A stretch of 64,000 bases of DNA, counting the filler, from Dirinaria sp. TL-2023a (lineage: Eukaryota), in NCBI GenBank assembly GCA_051941275.1. It is 31 parts of 31 records of this genome, joined end to end, with 100 filler letters (N's around TTAATTAATTAA, not from the genome) between each part and the next. Parts side by side here need not be neighbours in the genome. Positions count along the whole stretch, not along the records: positions 25,150 to 27,133 come from JAVEBF010002447.1; positions 27,234 to 29,216 come from JAVEBF010002448.1; positions 29,317 to 31,293 come from JAVEBF010002449.1; positions 31,394 to 33,365 come from JAVEBF010002450.1; positions 33,466 to 35,437 come from JAVEBF010002451.1; positions 35,538 to 37,507 come from JAVEBF010002452.1; positions 37,608 to 39,570 come from JAVEBF010002453.1; 24 more parts are not named here. One strand, written 5' to 3'. Numbering within the stretch: the first letter of the stretch is position 1; every line of letters starts with the position of its first letter. The translations under genes and the position numbers were made by a program. Of this stretch, positions 25,901-38,182 are shown piece after piece. The notes under the pieces are model-generated. The model was not told the origin of the DNA. It did no database searches and saw only the letters and a list, made by a program, of their open reading frames with translations.

Positions 25901-26190
25901 TCACTTTTCTCTTCAAATTCGAGCTTCGACGATGAATGCTTTAATTTTTGAGGCAATTGTATCATGTAATATCGTATGTTATTGACTCATAAAAAGCTTT
26001 GCGATGTAGTCAATGAGATGTCTTTTGTAACAGACTTGCTGTGTGATATTAGATGTCTTTTGTAGCAGACTTGCTGTGTGATATGAGAACTTCGAAGATG
26101 AGTTTAGAAATCGCTGTTATGATCGTCGTCGATATCGTCGTTTTTCTCGTCGTTCTGTGAGTAATCATTTTTTCTCTTGACTTAAGTACT

Positions 26191-26427
26191 TGTCATGAAC
26201 CTGACCTGGAAGCACCTATGTATGGTCACGTGCCTGTCTTGGAGGACCCTGATTAAGGGGTTTTGCTACTAGGCGTGTTACCCGCATACCCGACCCCCTA
26301 TTTGTTGTTTGCACCTTTTGTACCTATACTTCTTTTTCTTCTGGTTCTTTTCTTCTTTTCTTCCTTATAGATAGTGTCCTAGTCTATTTGTACCCATATG
26401 CCATTGAACGCTGTGCAGGTCCTGACA
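26191..26427 (+). mobile_element. LTR, 237 bp
   Basis: TGTCA...TGACA ends; loosely similar to solo LTR 37062-37279. Confidence 0.8.
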
Positions 26428-26639
26428 TTACATTAAATCAAGTCAACACGGTCGCAAGGTTCTGAGTTCGATTCCCAGCCCGGACGCTTGAAGGGTTGTT
26501 TGAGTTTCGGCGAGGCCTTACGGCTGAGAGCTTACTTACTAAGCTCGGGGCGACTACTTAACCGTTCCATTTAAGGCAAATCTCCTACCACACCCTGGCG
26601 CTGAGCTTCGTGCCGAAGCTCAGAGAGGGACCCGAGTAG
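26428..26639 (+). mobile_element. tRNA-derived SINE-like structured segment
   Basis: T-arm/B-box CTGAG-TTCGATT-CCCAG at 26462-26478 plus several perfect hairpins. Confidence 0.5.
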
Positions 26640-26770
26640 TGTTACGACCCTGGAAACACCTAAGTAGTAAGATAAGCACCAAGTCCCTTGACTTGGTTTA
26701 GTTAGTCTTTTGGCGCTGCCGGGACTTTTACCATGGAAAACCTATCTAACCAAGGTTAAGGTCTTTGACA
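26640..26770 (+). mobile_element. LTR, 131 bp, same family as 18595-18724
   Basis: TGTTACG...TTTGACA; few differences from the other copy. Confidence 0.88.
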
Positions 26771-28701
26771 GTACTAATGTATTTAAATAGAGAATTAACA
26801 ACTGGATTAACATTAAATTTTAAACCAATAAAATGTTGGATTAAATTGATTTTTTTTTTTTTTTTGGCCAGCGACAAGGACTACCTGTACGTGGTGCTGG
26901 CTACGAACCTGCTGGTATTGCTTGCAATACTCAACAGAGCCAAATGTTCTAGCATCGTTGTCGTCACGATGCGATCGTCGTAGCAATTCAGTCTTTCTCT
27001 CGATCGACAACGATAATACAAAACAACACGCATCATCAATTCATCTGTATTCTTCGAAGAGAGGGCACGCAATTTCAATATTATAACTATCTCCTTCTCT
27101 CTCTTCGTACGCGTTCGTTGCTGTCGTCGCAGTNNNNNNNNNNNNNNNNNNNNNNNNNNNNNNNNNNNNNNNNNNNNTTAATTAATTAANNNNNNNNNNN
27201 NNNNNNNNNNNNNNNNNNNNNNNNNNNNNNNNNCTAATGGTGGGTAAGTAAAATCTTCAGATACCTTTAAGTCTGATCGGATGGCTACAGGCTGATTTTG
27301 AATGGCATGCGCGCTGAATCGATTCGAGACAGGAAGACTGCCAACGTCAATCGTCTCGGATGCTTGCCATGCAAGCAGCGTGCTGACCTTCTAACAACTC
27401 AAACACCGGTAACGAGCGATTGAAGAGCTCATCCGGAAAGGCCAGGGACTGTTGTGCATTAGGCAGCAAGTGGAGGACCGAAACAACTCACTGAGTGAGG
27501 GAAGTCCTGAGGTTAAGAAGACCAGGAATGATATCGTCCCAGTCCCTATGGTACGGCCTGACAAGAGCGCTGCGCCTTTCTTCGTACTGCGACTGACGCA
27601 CAGACTCCCGAGCATCGTAGATGGCTTAATCGAAGCTAGCGCTCCATACCTTTGTACATGAGTTTATGCGCCTTTGAGGACCACTTCCGCCAAGGTACAA
27701 ATAGAAATGAAGTCAATCGAAATTCAGCATATGCTGTGTAAGTAAGGCTAGAACCTACATCAGCTCAAGGTTCACCTCGGGTAGTACGCTAATCGGGTTG
27801 CCATTTTCTCTTGTCTTTAGTGACGTAAAACACAGTAGTTGTCTGTCGAACGAGGTAGTAGATCATGTGAAACAATGGGACTGTCAAACCGTTCTCTTTT
27901 CCCTCCTGCTTCTAGTCTTCAAATGCGTCCTTCTCTCGATCAATTCCAATTTGGTCTTAAACCATTTGCCACGATTCTCACATGCAGGACTCATGCACCG
28001 CGCAAAACTTTTCCTTGCTGGACTGTGGCTTCCATTCTTCGCCTAGATAATCGCCAAACTCTGCGGCGAGAATTTGACTGACGCGTTAGCTGGGGGGAAG
28101 AATGATAGACTTGACGCAGGTGACTAAGATATTCTTATAGAATACGTAGACGGTGATTCTTCATCCACATATGCTTTGGCAAAGTGAATGGAGAAACTTA
28201 TCATGGCATCGGTCTGCCTTTGCACGTATGAACGCGATCCCTTATATTTTGAGAGGGTGATCAGTTACATTTCTTGACCTCCGTGCCTGACAACCGTAAA
28301 CTTTTCACGACACATGATTGTTGAATTTATGGAATAGCAGGCTGTGTTCAAATGCGCAGCTTCAGGCGGGGAACCGATTAAGAGAGTATATAAGGGTACT
28401 GAGAAAACTTTGTGCTGCACGGCATAGTAAAAGCACCGAAGAAAATTCGACGAAACAAATGAGAAACAAAAAAAAGGTAATGAGGATGATAGGGCGCCAC
28501 CTTGAAAATGCTTGCAAAGCTTGAGGTTAACCGTCATAGAGGGAATATGGAGAAAAAGTATACTGTCAGAGACTTGATTAGTATATAGTATATCATCACC
28601 AAAGGAGTAATAAATAGTCAGTTCAGCGGTTGGGCGAAAAGTTTCGGTGGAGTAGCCATGTGAGCCGAGGTGGCAGATCTGAGTATCTCTTCACTCCGCC
28701 C

Positions 28702-29216
28702 TTAAATTTGAAGTTTCTGCATTATCAACTGAGAGCCTTTGTTTTCTTCATCGCAAGCTTCAACGAGCTCTCTTTTACTCTGTTTGAGTTTCTTCCTCAA
28801 TGCGTCCTGATTGGAGAAATCGCCAGCTTCGAGCATCGAGACGACCACGAAAGAATTTCCACTAGTTGCCCAGTTGATGATGTCGCTCTCGATCTTCGCA
28901 TACAGGGTATCATGGAACTTCAAGAGAGGCTCCGAAAGCTCCAAAGCCTGAGTATGCTGGTTAAATCGTCCACTCTGCACTAGCGTCTTCAGCATCCGGC
29001 CTGCAGCTGGCATGTAAAGAGCTTCCTTTGTTTCTGGGCTGCTGTCTACGAGATCCGCAACTGCATTCATGGCCAATTTACGATCCCCGACAGAGCCGAG
29101 AAGGACCTCACTGATGAATTGGCAGCCCAGATTTGTGTGTATCAATGACTCCGTATGATTCTGAACGAGAGACAGGAGAGGTAGTGAGAGTGAAGCGACG
29201 AGCTCCTTCCGTCTCA
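28702..29216 (-). CDS. PUF6: Puf6-like pumilio-domain protein, C-terminal part
   Basis: RRKELVASLS..LL, GCQFISEVLL, AGRMLKTLVQSGRF, WATSGNSFVVVSMLE, NKGSQLI. Confidence 0.8.
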
Positions 29217-29316
29217 NNNNNNNNNNNNNNNNNNNNNNNNNNNNNNNNNNNNNNNNNNNNTTAATTAATTAANNNNNNNNNNNNNNNNNNNNNNNNNNNN
29301 NNNNNNNNNNNNNNNN

Positions 29317-30294
29317 CCATTCCCTCCCACCCTCTACATCCCTCGCTCCAAACTTCACTACCGTCGCCTTTCCGCCTCTTACTTTAGCGACCGTCCAGGT
29401 CAGGCCATCTCTCTTCTCCCTTTCCTGTCTCTCCATTCTCCATTTCTCCCTCCCTTCAAGCTTCGGAACACCCATCGAAGACTCCGCGTTCCAATTCTTC
29501 GCCCCAATGCGAGGAAGCGCATTGAACTCCTCGCACATGAAATCCGCGAGAGCTTGGAGCAGTGGCCCGACGAGGATCAGCGTGCCGAAGATGCCCAGGG
29601 ACTCCATCCTGGCCCTGATTTGGGGGCCGGAAAGTACGACGTTATCTCTCAGCAGGAGCTTTGTTTTCTTTTCCCGTTCCTCTGTAGTAGGGTTATCCCT
29701 GGGTGGGTCAGACACGAGCCAGACCTCGTTCTTGCCCTTCCAACCACCGAATGCCCAGCTCTCGTGTCTCGCGCTCCGGCCCTCGGACACCCAATCCAGC
29801 ATGCCTAGACTGGCGCCTTCGCGCAGCTCGAAGATCTGAGTCTGCGCATAATGGCTATCGGCGAATGGCTGTGTCGGGTGTGGGGCGTAGAAAAGGGCTG
29901 AACCGGGATTCAGGGTGCAATGCAGCGTTTGGGTTGCGAGGGGCGGAGGATGAGAGGCTGGGTTTTCGGGCTTGTAGATCTTTGTTGAGCCTTGCGTTGC
30001 GATCGTAAGGCGAGCGGAGGCTGCAAGTGTGATGTTGAGGGTTATGTGGTCCGTGGAGAGAAGGCCGCCACCATAGGTCAAGAGGAAGAGGAGAGGCACT
30101 GTCTTGGGTATCACATGGCCATGCTTCGAGGAAGCCGGAGAAGGAGACGAGAGCGTGTGAGAGTTTGAGGGTAGGAGCTTCAGTGGGTATGTGTAATTCA
30201 AGGTGGTAAAGGTGGGATTTGCGGGTGGGAGAAGCTCGAGGTGGAGGTTGCCGCTGCCGGGAGTGCAGGCTGGGAGGGGAAATGGAGATGACAT
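29317..30294 (-). CDS. ureD: Urease accessory protein UreD, 3'-truncated
   Basis: YTYPLKLL, LLTYGGGL, TQGSTKIYK, PTQPFADS, LDWVSEGRSARHESW. Confidence 0.93.
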
Positions 30295-30641
30295 GTCAGC
30301 ATTTCGTTGGCTTGATGCTTTGCCAGGCCTCGAAGGCCTAGCTGTCGAATATAAGACCAATTGGCAAATCCCAGTGCCTGAAACCCAGTTTCTGTATCGC
30401 ATCCGCCTCGATGCTCCTCCGCCAAGGAAAGCCAAGATTTTGATCTTATCTGATCGATCGTTCCATCTCGCACACTAATGCCCTTAGTGCAGCAGTCCGT
30501 CCCATAACTCGAATCGCGTCAACCCAGAGCCCACACGTAAACTTTCAAAACGTGCATCACAGACTTTTCTCATGCCCACATCCTGTCTACCTGAGCACAT
30601 TTAGAACTTTCGCGCTGTAAATGCCCGCCAGGCTGTCAAGT

Positions 30642-31293
30642 ATGGAGCTCTCTGACCCTGTTGCGCCCTCTTCGAGTCCTGCGACAAATGACGCGACGAA
30701 CCGAAGGAGATCTGGGCGCGCAAGACAGCAACCTGTGCTATATCAACCGGACCCAACGATTCCAAAGAGTAGCTCAGCTAGTGCCAAGCGCAAGCGCACA
30801 GAGCTACGCGGTGGCGATGTGGACGGAGATGACGACGTTTCGGAAAGCGAGAGCGATCCCGCAGTGAGCGAAAGCGACCCCGACGAAGAAGAATTGAGAG
30901 ATAGGAGGAAAAAGGCCAAGAAAGCTCCAAGCAAGCCCGCTGTGAAGAAACCGAAGACACTGAAAACCACCAAACTGGCTGTCAGGCCGGCTACCAATGG
31001 AGTCACCAAACCTGTTAAAGCGAAAAAGCCGCGCGCTCGACCAAGTGCAGTAGCGGCGCTGGATGAAGGTGGACTGTACGGTAAGTATTAGATTTTAACT
31101 ATTACTACGTTCAATGGCTGACGCGTTATGAAGCGGAGGTGTTCTCCGATGTACACACCCTAGACGCGGTCGCGGCGCATTGGATATCGCTTTATGAAGA
31201 CGACAACGCCAACGCCATGTGCGACCTGATCAATTTCGTTTTGAGATGCACTGGATGCCCTCTAAAGATCAACGTGCACGATATCGAGGATCC
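30642..31293 (+). CDS. SCC3: Cohesin STAG-family subunit, N-terminus
   Basis: Basic/acidic N-terminus, intron from about 31082, then DAVAAHWISLY..AMCDLINFVLRCTGC. Confidence 0.85.
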
Positions 31294-31393
31294 NNNNNNN
31301 NNNNNNNNNNNNNNNNNNNNNNNNNNNNNNNNNNNNNTTAATTAATTAANNNNNNNNNNNNNNNNNNNNNNNNNNNNNNNNNNNNNNNNNNNN

Positions 31394-32005
31394 TATCTCG
31401 ATGATCTTGGTATTGCTTTCATTGATGCTCGGGGGAACCGTATCCGGTATCCTTACCACACACAGTATCCACCAATTCGAATCATCGAATCCGAAGAAGC
31501 GGACGCTGAGAACACCCACATTAGCGAAGAACAACCCCAAAACTGTACCCGCCACCTTAGTGGCGTTCAACTTGGGCCCAGCCAGACTCCTTCACCCGAT
31601 TTATCCCCTGGTGGATCGGAAGCATTCTCGGCGAATCCTGAACCATATGATCCTGTGTTGGATGCTGTGGCTTCATCTGAATATCACTCTTTCCCCGCTT
31701 TCGAGGCCATGAATGCGTGGCTGGGATCATCCAATGGTCCAGAAACAACCGACAAATACCAGAATAACACTGAAAGTACTGCTATTTCAGTCGAGAATAA
31801 TATACCTCGACTAGAAGCTGGGAATACATCGCTTAATCTTTCTGGCGCTAACATAGCTGAGGAGAGCGTACAAGCCAAAGACTTCTTTTCAGACGTCAAC
31901 TCCATGGCGTTCACCCAGGAAGGCGGCATGAACTTTCAGGATCTAATGGATATGAACCTCGATGATATTTCGACATGGGAGCTACCTCCAGATACGTGGT
32001 CCTGA
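31394..32005 (+). CDS. 3' end of a gene with an acidic low-complexity tail (transcription-factor-like)
   Basis: Open frame ending FQDLMDMNLDDISTWELPPDTWS*. Confidence 0.55.
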   Translation, partial: YLDDLGIAFIDARGNRIRYPYHTQYPPIRIIESEEADAENTHISEEQPQNCTRHLSGVQLGPSQTPSPDLSPGGSEAFSANPEPYDPVLDAVASSEYHSFPAFEAMNAWLGSSNGPETTDKYQNNTESTAISVENNIPRLEAGNTSLNLSGANIAEESVQAKDFFSDVNSMAFTQEGGMNFQDLMDMNLDDISTWELPPDTWS

Positions 32006-32097
32006 AGCCGGCCCATATGGAAGGAGACCAGGGAAAAATCATCTCTGTCCGCTTTCGGATTGTTCTGCTTCTACCATGCTCACTTTATTTTCGCTCT

Positions 32098-32243
32098 TTC
32101 GCTCTAGCTTGCATTGTAATACCGGGAATCCACGTGCGTCTTGCAATGTATAGTTCTCGTGGTGATAATTTCGCTCTAGCTTGCGTTGTAATGTCGGGTA
32201 TTCACGTGCCTCTTGCAATATTTAGTTCTTGTTGCGGATAATA
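32098..32243 (+). repeat. About 72 bp tandem duplication, 2 copies
   Basis: TTTCGCTCTAGCTTGC..TGTAAT...CACGTGC.TCTTGCAAT...TAGTTCT occurs twice. Confidence 0.8.
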
Positions 32244-35025
32244 TGGTAGGATAGATGATATCTCCTCAATGTATGTTATTGCTGGGTATTAATTACACAT
32301 TCTATTTCGAGTGAACGATAGATCAGCGCTGTCAGTGATTTTTGTAGTTCTTGCTGCCTGTTAGTGATCAGGACTCATTAAGCAAGGTGCTCAATGCTGC
32401 ATTCTAGAAGCCAGGTATCCGCTGCTGCTCCTACCATGATGCAAAACTCTCATATAATTACTCTAACTTGCGTACCTCACTCATGCGCTATCTGCATGAA
32501 TGCTAGCGTAGTCCCACTCCGGATGATGGTAAAGTCTTTGCAACATCAATGACTGACTGACAATTAAGATGACAGATAGTATAGCGCCCTAATAACATTT
32601 TATTTCTATTTGTAATTATCTCAATATTTTGTGGTTAACTAAGTTGGTCATCGAACCTTTTCAAGGGGGGTTTGAATTTTGCTTCTTCTTTTTTTTCTTT
32701 CTTTTTTTTGAAATCTCGAGATGATGGAGGATTTTTCATTGCTAGTTTTTTAAAGGTTATGAATTGTCGAGTACTGGGTACAATTAAAATGTGTCAAGGG
32801 TGTTTCGAACGATTGCCATAATTAAGACAATGTTTTGATTTCACCTCTCTTTCACTTTGAGAGAAATAGGTTATATCACGTAGGGCGTAATTCGGAGTTG
32901 AAAATCATCGATATATGATGTCTTTTCTGACTTCGACTCGACTCGACTCGGCATGATGGGAATAATGTATTAGCGAGTATCAATATTCTGAATTATTTTT
33001 TTGATTTTTTGAACTTCGCGAAAGCTTTAATTCTTTGAATCAGAAGATAGGGGAGAGGCTGTCGTTGAAGGTCTGCAAAAATATCGACAATGTTTTTTTT
33101 TTATCACAATAATAGCCCCCCTGACAATACTTTAAAAAGAGTTACTTGAATGACGTTGGTGGTCACATAAGATACATTCTTCAAACCTCGTCATCCAAGA
33201 TGCTCGTGGTTCAATTCCCCATCATCAAAGTACCCAAGATCAAGATTTGATGATAAGCCTGGCAGCAATAGATAATTTGTAGGGAATAGACTTAAAAGAC
33301 GATAGGCGTCTTTAATTAGAGATTCGCCATTATCTTGGAGCTCGAAATTACAGACGGTCCTGGAGNNNNNNNNNNNNNNNNNNNNNNNNNNNNNNNNNNN
33401 NNNNNNNNNTTAATTAATTAANNNNNNNNNNNNNNNNNNNNNNNNNNNNNNNNNNNNNNNNNNNNCCTCTCTCCCTTCCGACCATCCCACCAGGGCCTTG
33501 TACTCGATATATATATTCCTTAGGCCTAGACTATCCACCTGGATTTGCCACTCCAATACCAGTATCTATTCGCTCGCCAAGCTTAGCTTGGTTTCATTGG
33601 CTCTGCGCAAATACAACATAATGCCCTTATTCCATCGCTCCTTCTGTCCTCAAACAAGCAAGAAAAAACCATTCATCATATCAAAAATCCAGTATCAGAA
33701 AACGCGGTGTCAATCGCTCAAGGCATTCAAACCACCATCTCCTTGTCCATCGTTTTTTTCTTGAAGAAAATATCCATTACCCATTTTTCATGGTTTTTTT
33801 AAGTCCTCACCACCGCCACACTCGCTAACTCCCTTCCCCTCTTTTATCCTCTTGCTTTTTGAACTCTATACCCAAATTCTTACTCCGCTCTGCTATGCTC
33901 TGACAGGGACATGGACAAGACGGATAGGAAGGCTTTTCTTCGAGAAAGCAAGTAAAAGCACCACAAAAGAAAAAGAGGAACAGGAGAAGCGAATGAAACG
34001 AGACGAACTGAAGTGGACTTGGTACCTGCCGAATAAAGCTAAGGTATGGCAAGCTGCGGAAAGGGTTAAATATTGTATGGTAGTTTAGGAGGCAAAGGAA
34101 AATAGGATTAGGAGAATCGAATCGATGATAGATTTGAAATTTAGAAGTAGAAAAGGGCGGGCGCCTCTTTTTTTCTATTCTTTTCGCTATCTTTATGATA
34201 TTTTTTCGATAATCCTTCAAAGCCACATTACTCCCTTTACTAGAGATGCAATCACCATCTTCACACGCATCTTCCTCCTCCTCCTCCCCTCATCAACTCT
34301 ATTTCCTTCATAAACACAAACTTTTAAAACCCAGCGAAGCAGAGTGAGTGCACATAGCCTCCATAAGACGATACACGAGAAAACAAATAGAGAAAAAGCT
34401 GCTGCGGTTTTAAATCCAAGTATCTTAGATATGATGTACTGTATATTATGGGACTTAAGTGTATATTTAACGGTTCAAGGGTGGAGATATAGTTTCACTC
34501 TCAATCATGGAGGGAAAGGGGGCAAAAAGGGTATATATTTTAATATTGTGAATAACTTCCTCAAAGTTACCACGTACGTAATTACGGTGGTCGGTGGTGT
34601 AGCTGCAAGACTACCGCGAAAAAAAGACGCTTGGCTTTTTCCATCGTTTAAGTCTCTCTCTTTTCGTTGCATCGTTTTTTATTTGAAAGCTTTTAGACAC
34701 CTTACCTTATGTAAGGTTAGGTGTTCGAATCCTGATACACTTCAGGATTTTTCTTTTCTTTTTTTTTTTGGGCTTGCTAGATGTTTTGAATCTAAATAGC
34801 CAAAAAAAAAAAAAATGAATGAATGAGTGCATTAGATCATATAGCAAGGTTGTATGTGGCTGAACAGAATACAATAGAGAATCCAAATGTCAAAAGAAGA
34901 AGAAGAAAATAATTGGGACTTGCATCAGAGTCCAATGATAAATTTACTCTATGTACTCGGTGGGTGCGAAACCCGGATGTTCTATCAAGGCTTGATAACT
35001 ATGGGTATGCTCACCTAGTGCTAGT

Positions 35026-35437
35026 CTAACAAACCGCATCAGACCCGTTCACGCATCGTCTTCTCTGGCCCTTGCCCTGTCTCCCCGGGGAAAAGCTCAA
35101 TCCCCGCTTCGCGGGCAGTTTCTCGCTCGCTACCAGCCCTTCCTTCACTTGTACATCCGGTTCTTTGATTTTCCGCAACGCCAACGCCTGTTCCTGCGTG
35201 ATCGGCTGGATTGAGTATCGCAGTTTGACGCTCTCAGTGATGGTGGATTTTAAGAAAGCGCAGAAATCTTCTTTGCGCGTCGTTTGATTCAATCCCATCG
35301 CTTTGAAAAACACAGGCCAACTGTTCACCGTTCTGATCTTCCGGATATCGGCGGCCATGCGTTCGGCGGTGCCTTTGGGCGGCGCGCCATGGGCTGCGAA
35401 GAGCTCGTCGCGGAGGGTGGTGAGCGGGGTGGAGGGG
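35026..35437 (-). CDS. 3' end of a hypothetical protein
   Basis: GC-rich open frame from the contig edge to the stop at 35026. Confidence 0.55.
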
Positions 35438-35537
35438 NNNNNNNNNNNNNNNNNNNNNNNNNNNNNNNNNNNNNNNNNNNNTTAATTAATTAANNNNNNN
35501 NNNNNNNNNNNNNNNNNNNNNNNNNNNNNNNNNNNNN

Positions 35538-37507
35538 CTGACGCGTCTTTGCGCGAATCATGTCGAACAGATTGTGCAGTTCAGTCATCGACATCATTTC
35601 GCTGACATTGATTTTCTTAGACTCATAGAGTCTCACAATCTTATTTACCTCATTCAATATTTCGCTCGATTCTGATATCCTTCTCTGCGAAGGCGTCTCG
35701 ATGATGCCTCGTTCACTTGTCGACGTCGCGCCGACCGCGTTCACCTCATCGCGACGGTCAGAGTGAATCGCGGGCCTCATCGCCAGTGATAACCCTCAGT
35801 AGCTCTTCGAATTCAAAGGTAGTTTTAATTGATAATATGATCGAGTTCCTCAATCCCTTTATCGTTCGACGATCAATTTAAATTGATTAAATTTATTTTA
35901 TTCGCGATTTGTTTCGAATAAAATAATTGATATTTCTTTTCATGCAATTAATCAGAGTAACGTTCTTCATCTGAGAACGTTTTTTTTTCTGATAAAAGAG
36001 ATTATAGTATTTCGCAAAACTCGTTGAGTCTTGTTTGAGAATGTCGCGAAGATAGTTTCGAGCATCTTCGATTTCGAAAAAGTTTTCACAACAATGACGA
36101 AGATTTTGACGTCATTCGACGAAACTGATTAGTGTACAGAGATCATTTACTCGATATTAACTCATTAAATTATGAGTCTTCTTTTTTATCGTGAGTCGAG
36201 ACTCATCATAAACGATTTTGAAACGATCAATGAGATAACGATCGTGATTTACATTCATGCGCTGTATTAGATTTTGCTCTCACGCGTCTAAATGATCTTT
36301 GTCTCTCTCATACTCAAATATATTCGAAAGTTTCTCGAATCTGAGAGCGATAAGAATAATTTGACCGACAGTCGACGTAAAAAAGAGATTAATAACAGAC
36401 GAGACATACGTGAGCGAAAATTGATTCTGAAAAATTTGAGTTATCATCTGAGTTATTATACTCATTGATCGCGGATCGAGTGAGATCACGAGCGAAAAAG
36501 ACGAAAAGAACGAAATAAACGAAAACGACGTGATATCGACATTGAAACGAGCATGATTAAATTCATTTTGAAGCTTTCTGAATTGACGAAAGACTTCAGC
36601 TGAATCTTGAGTTATCTGCTGAGCAAATTTATCGACGCTCAGCTCGATTTCGAAAAGATTCTCGAAATGCTTCATTGAGTCGAGGATTCGTATAGTGACT
36701 GTATACGCGTGATAAATACGAACAGCGAGATTTTCAACGCGTGAAAGCGTTGTGAGAATTGTAAATCTTTTGTAATGTCAAGAGCTGAGCTGAAATCTAT
36801 TCATAAATAGAGATTAACGAGGTTTTATTATTAGATGAACTTAGATCAATATACTGAGTATTATACAAGACGAAAGACAAAGAAAGAAAAAGGGGAATGG
36901 GGTTGCTCTGGAATATAACATTAGCAACCCCTATAGCCGCATACGCGACCCGTAGAAGGCTTGGCAAGCTTGATTAAAGGACTGTGCAACTTAGCACCAT
37001 GACAGAGAGACTCATTATCGAGACTGAGAAACGAACAGCTCACTGCGAAAAAAGTGACAACTGTTACGAGCATGCACCTGATACACTACCTGGGGCGACA
37101 CCTCCCAGGGTTCTTAGGGGTAATGCGCTAACCCGATCGAGGTGTTTACCCGATATCCGCACACACGCATATATACCCGGGACCCCCTATTGTATCTAGT
37201 TTTCCTTCTTCTTCCTTTCTTAGTGATAATATCTTAGTTAACTATATCTGCATTGACTTGCTCTGCACCTGTCCTAACAACAACTGCGTAGATAGAGTGT
37301 ATAGAGTTTACTCAGACAGTCAAGTCTTACTAAAAGTGATACACACAATGATCTCGACAACAGATTAGTCACGTTTACGACGCATACAGAGCGCGTGCGA
37401 GACGATACGAGAAAAAAGAGCTTCACTCGAATTTCACTGAATACTCGATTACAAAAAAATAAAAGATAATGAAGAAACGAATAAAATAGTCAACGAGATA
37501 CACAAAT
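35538..37507 (-). mobile_element. Degraded Gypsy gag plus LTR region
   Basis: KLSNIFEYERDKDHLDA*EQNL..RMNVNHDRY gag-like remnant; CC/GG depleted. Confidence 0.75.
37062..37279 (+). mobile_element. Solo LTR, 218 bp, with 5 bp TSD ACAAC
   Basis: ACAAC-TGTTA...TAACA-ACAAC. Confidence 0.9.
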
Positions 37508-37607
37508 NNNNNNNNNNNNNNNNNNNNNNNNNNNNNNNNNNNNNNNNNNNNTTAATTAATTAANNNNNNNNNNNNNNNNNNNNNNNNNNNNNNNNNNNNN
37601 NNNNNNN

Positions 37608-38182
37608 GCACTCATCCTCTCCCAGCTCCTCTCCCTCCTCACCATGCCCAGCCGATAGAACCTCTCCTCCCCCTGCGCCGTCCTGCCGCCCACATACCAT
37701 TTCTCGGCGCCGAGCACCTCCCGAAAACTCCCTCCTTCGCTACTACTATCGCTGCCTCGGCGCTGCTGCTGCGGGGTCGGGCCTGTTGTGGTAGTCGTTG
37801 TTCTCCGATAGGGATTCGATGAAGGTGGGGAGTGCGTTTGTGAAGGAGGCGGTGGGGAGGTCGACGAGCGGGATTGGATTGCGGCTGTGGTTGCACCTCC
37901 TGCCCCTCCTCCTGCTGGTGGTGGTGAGGGGAGAGGTTGCGAGGAGGAAGAGGTGGTGGTTTTCGGGGATGGGGCTGTTGTTGTGGCGGTAGTGGTCATG
38001 GAGCGGGCGGCGGCGGCGGCGGCGGTGGAGGAGGAAGAGGATTGGGTTGCGAATGAGGAGGTTGCTGGACCTGTGCTTTGCGAAGCGGTAGTGGGCGAGC
38101 TGCTTGGTTTCGGGAAGGTAGAGGCGCGGAAGGCGGAGAGGAAGGTGGAGAGGAATGGGCGGTTTGATGGGATTGTTGGCAT
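37608..38182 (-). CDS. Fungal hypothetical S/T/P-rich protein, 3'-truncated
   Basis: PFLSTFLSAFRA N-terminus and EKWYVGGRT..GEERFYRLG C-terminal block. Confidence 0.75.

Noticed and set aside
26505..26560. Hammerhead ribozyme (GCCGTAAGGC...CGAAAC on the minus strand)
   Set aside because: No CUGANGA core in the required position.
33200..33230. tRNA gene (GGTTCAATTCC B-box-like)
   Set aside because: No acceptor stem, D-arm or anticodon arm could be built.
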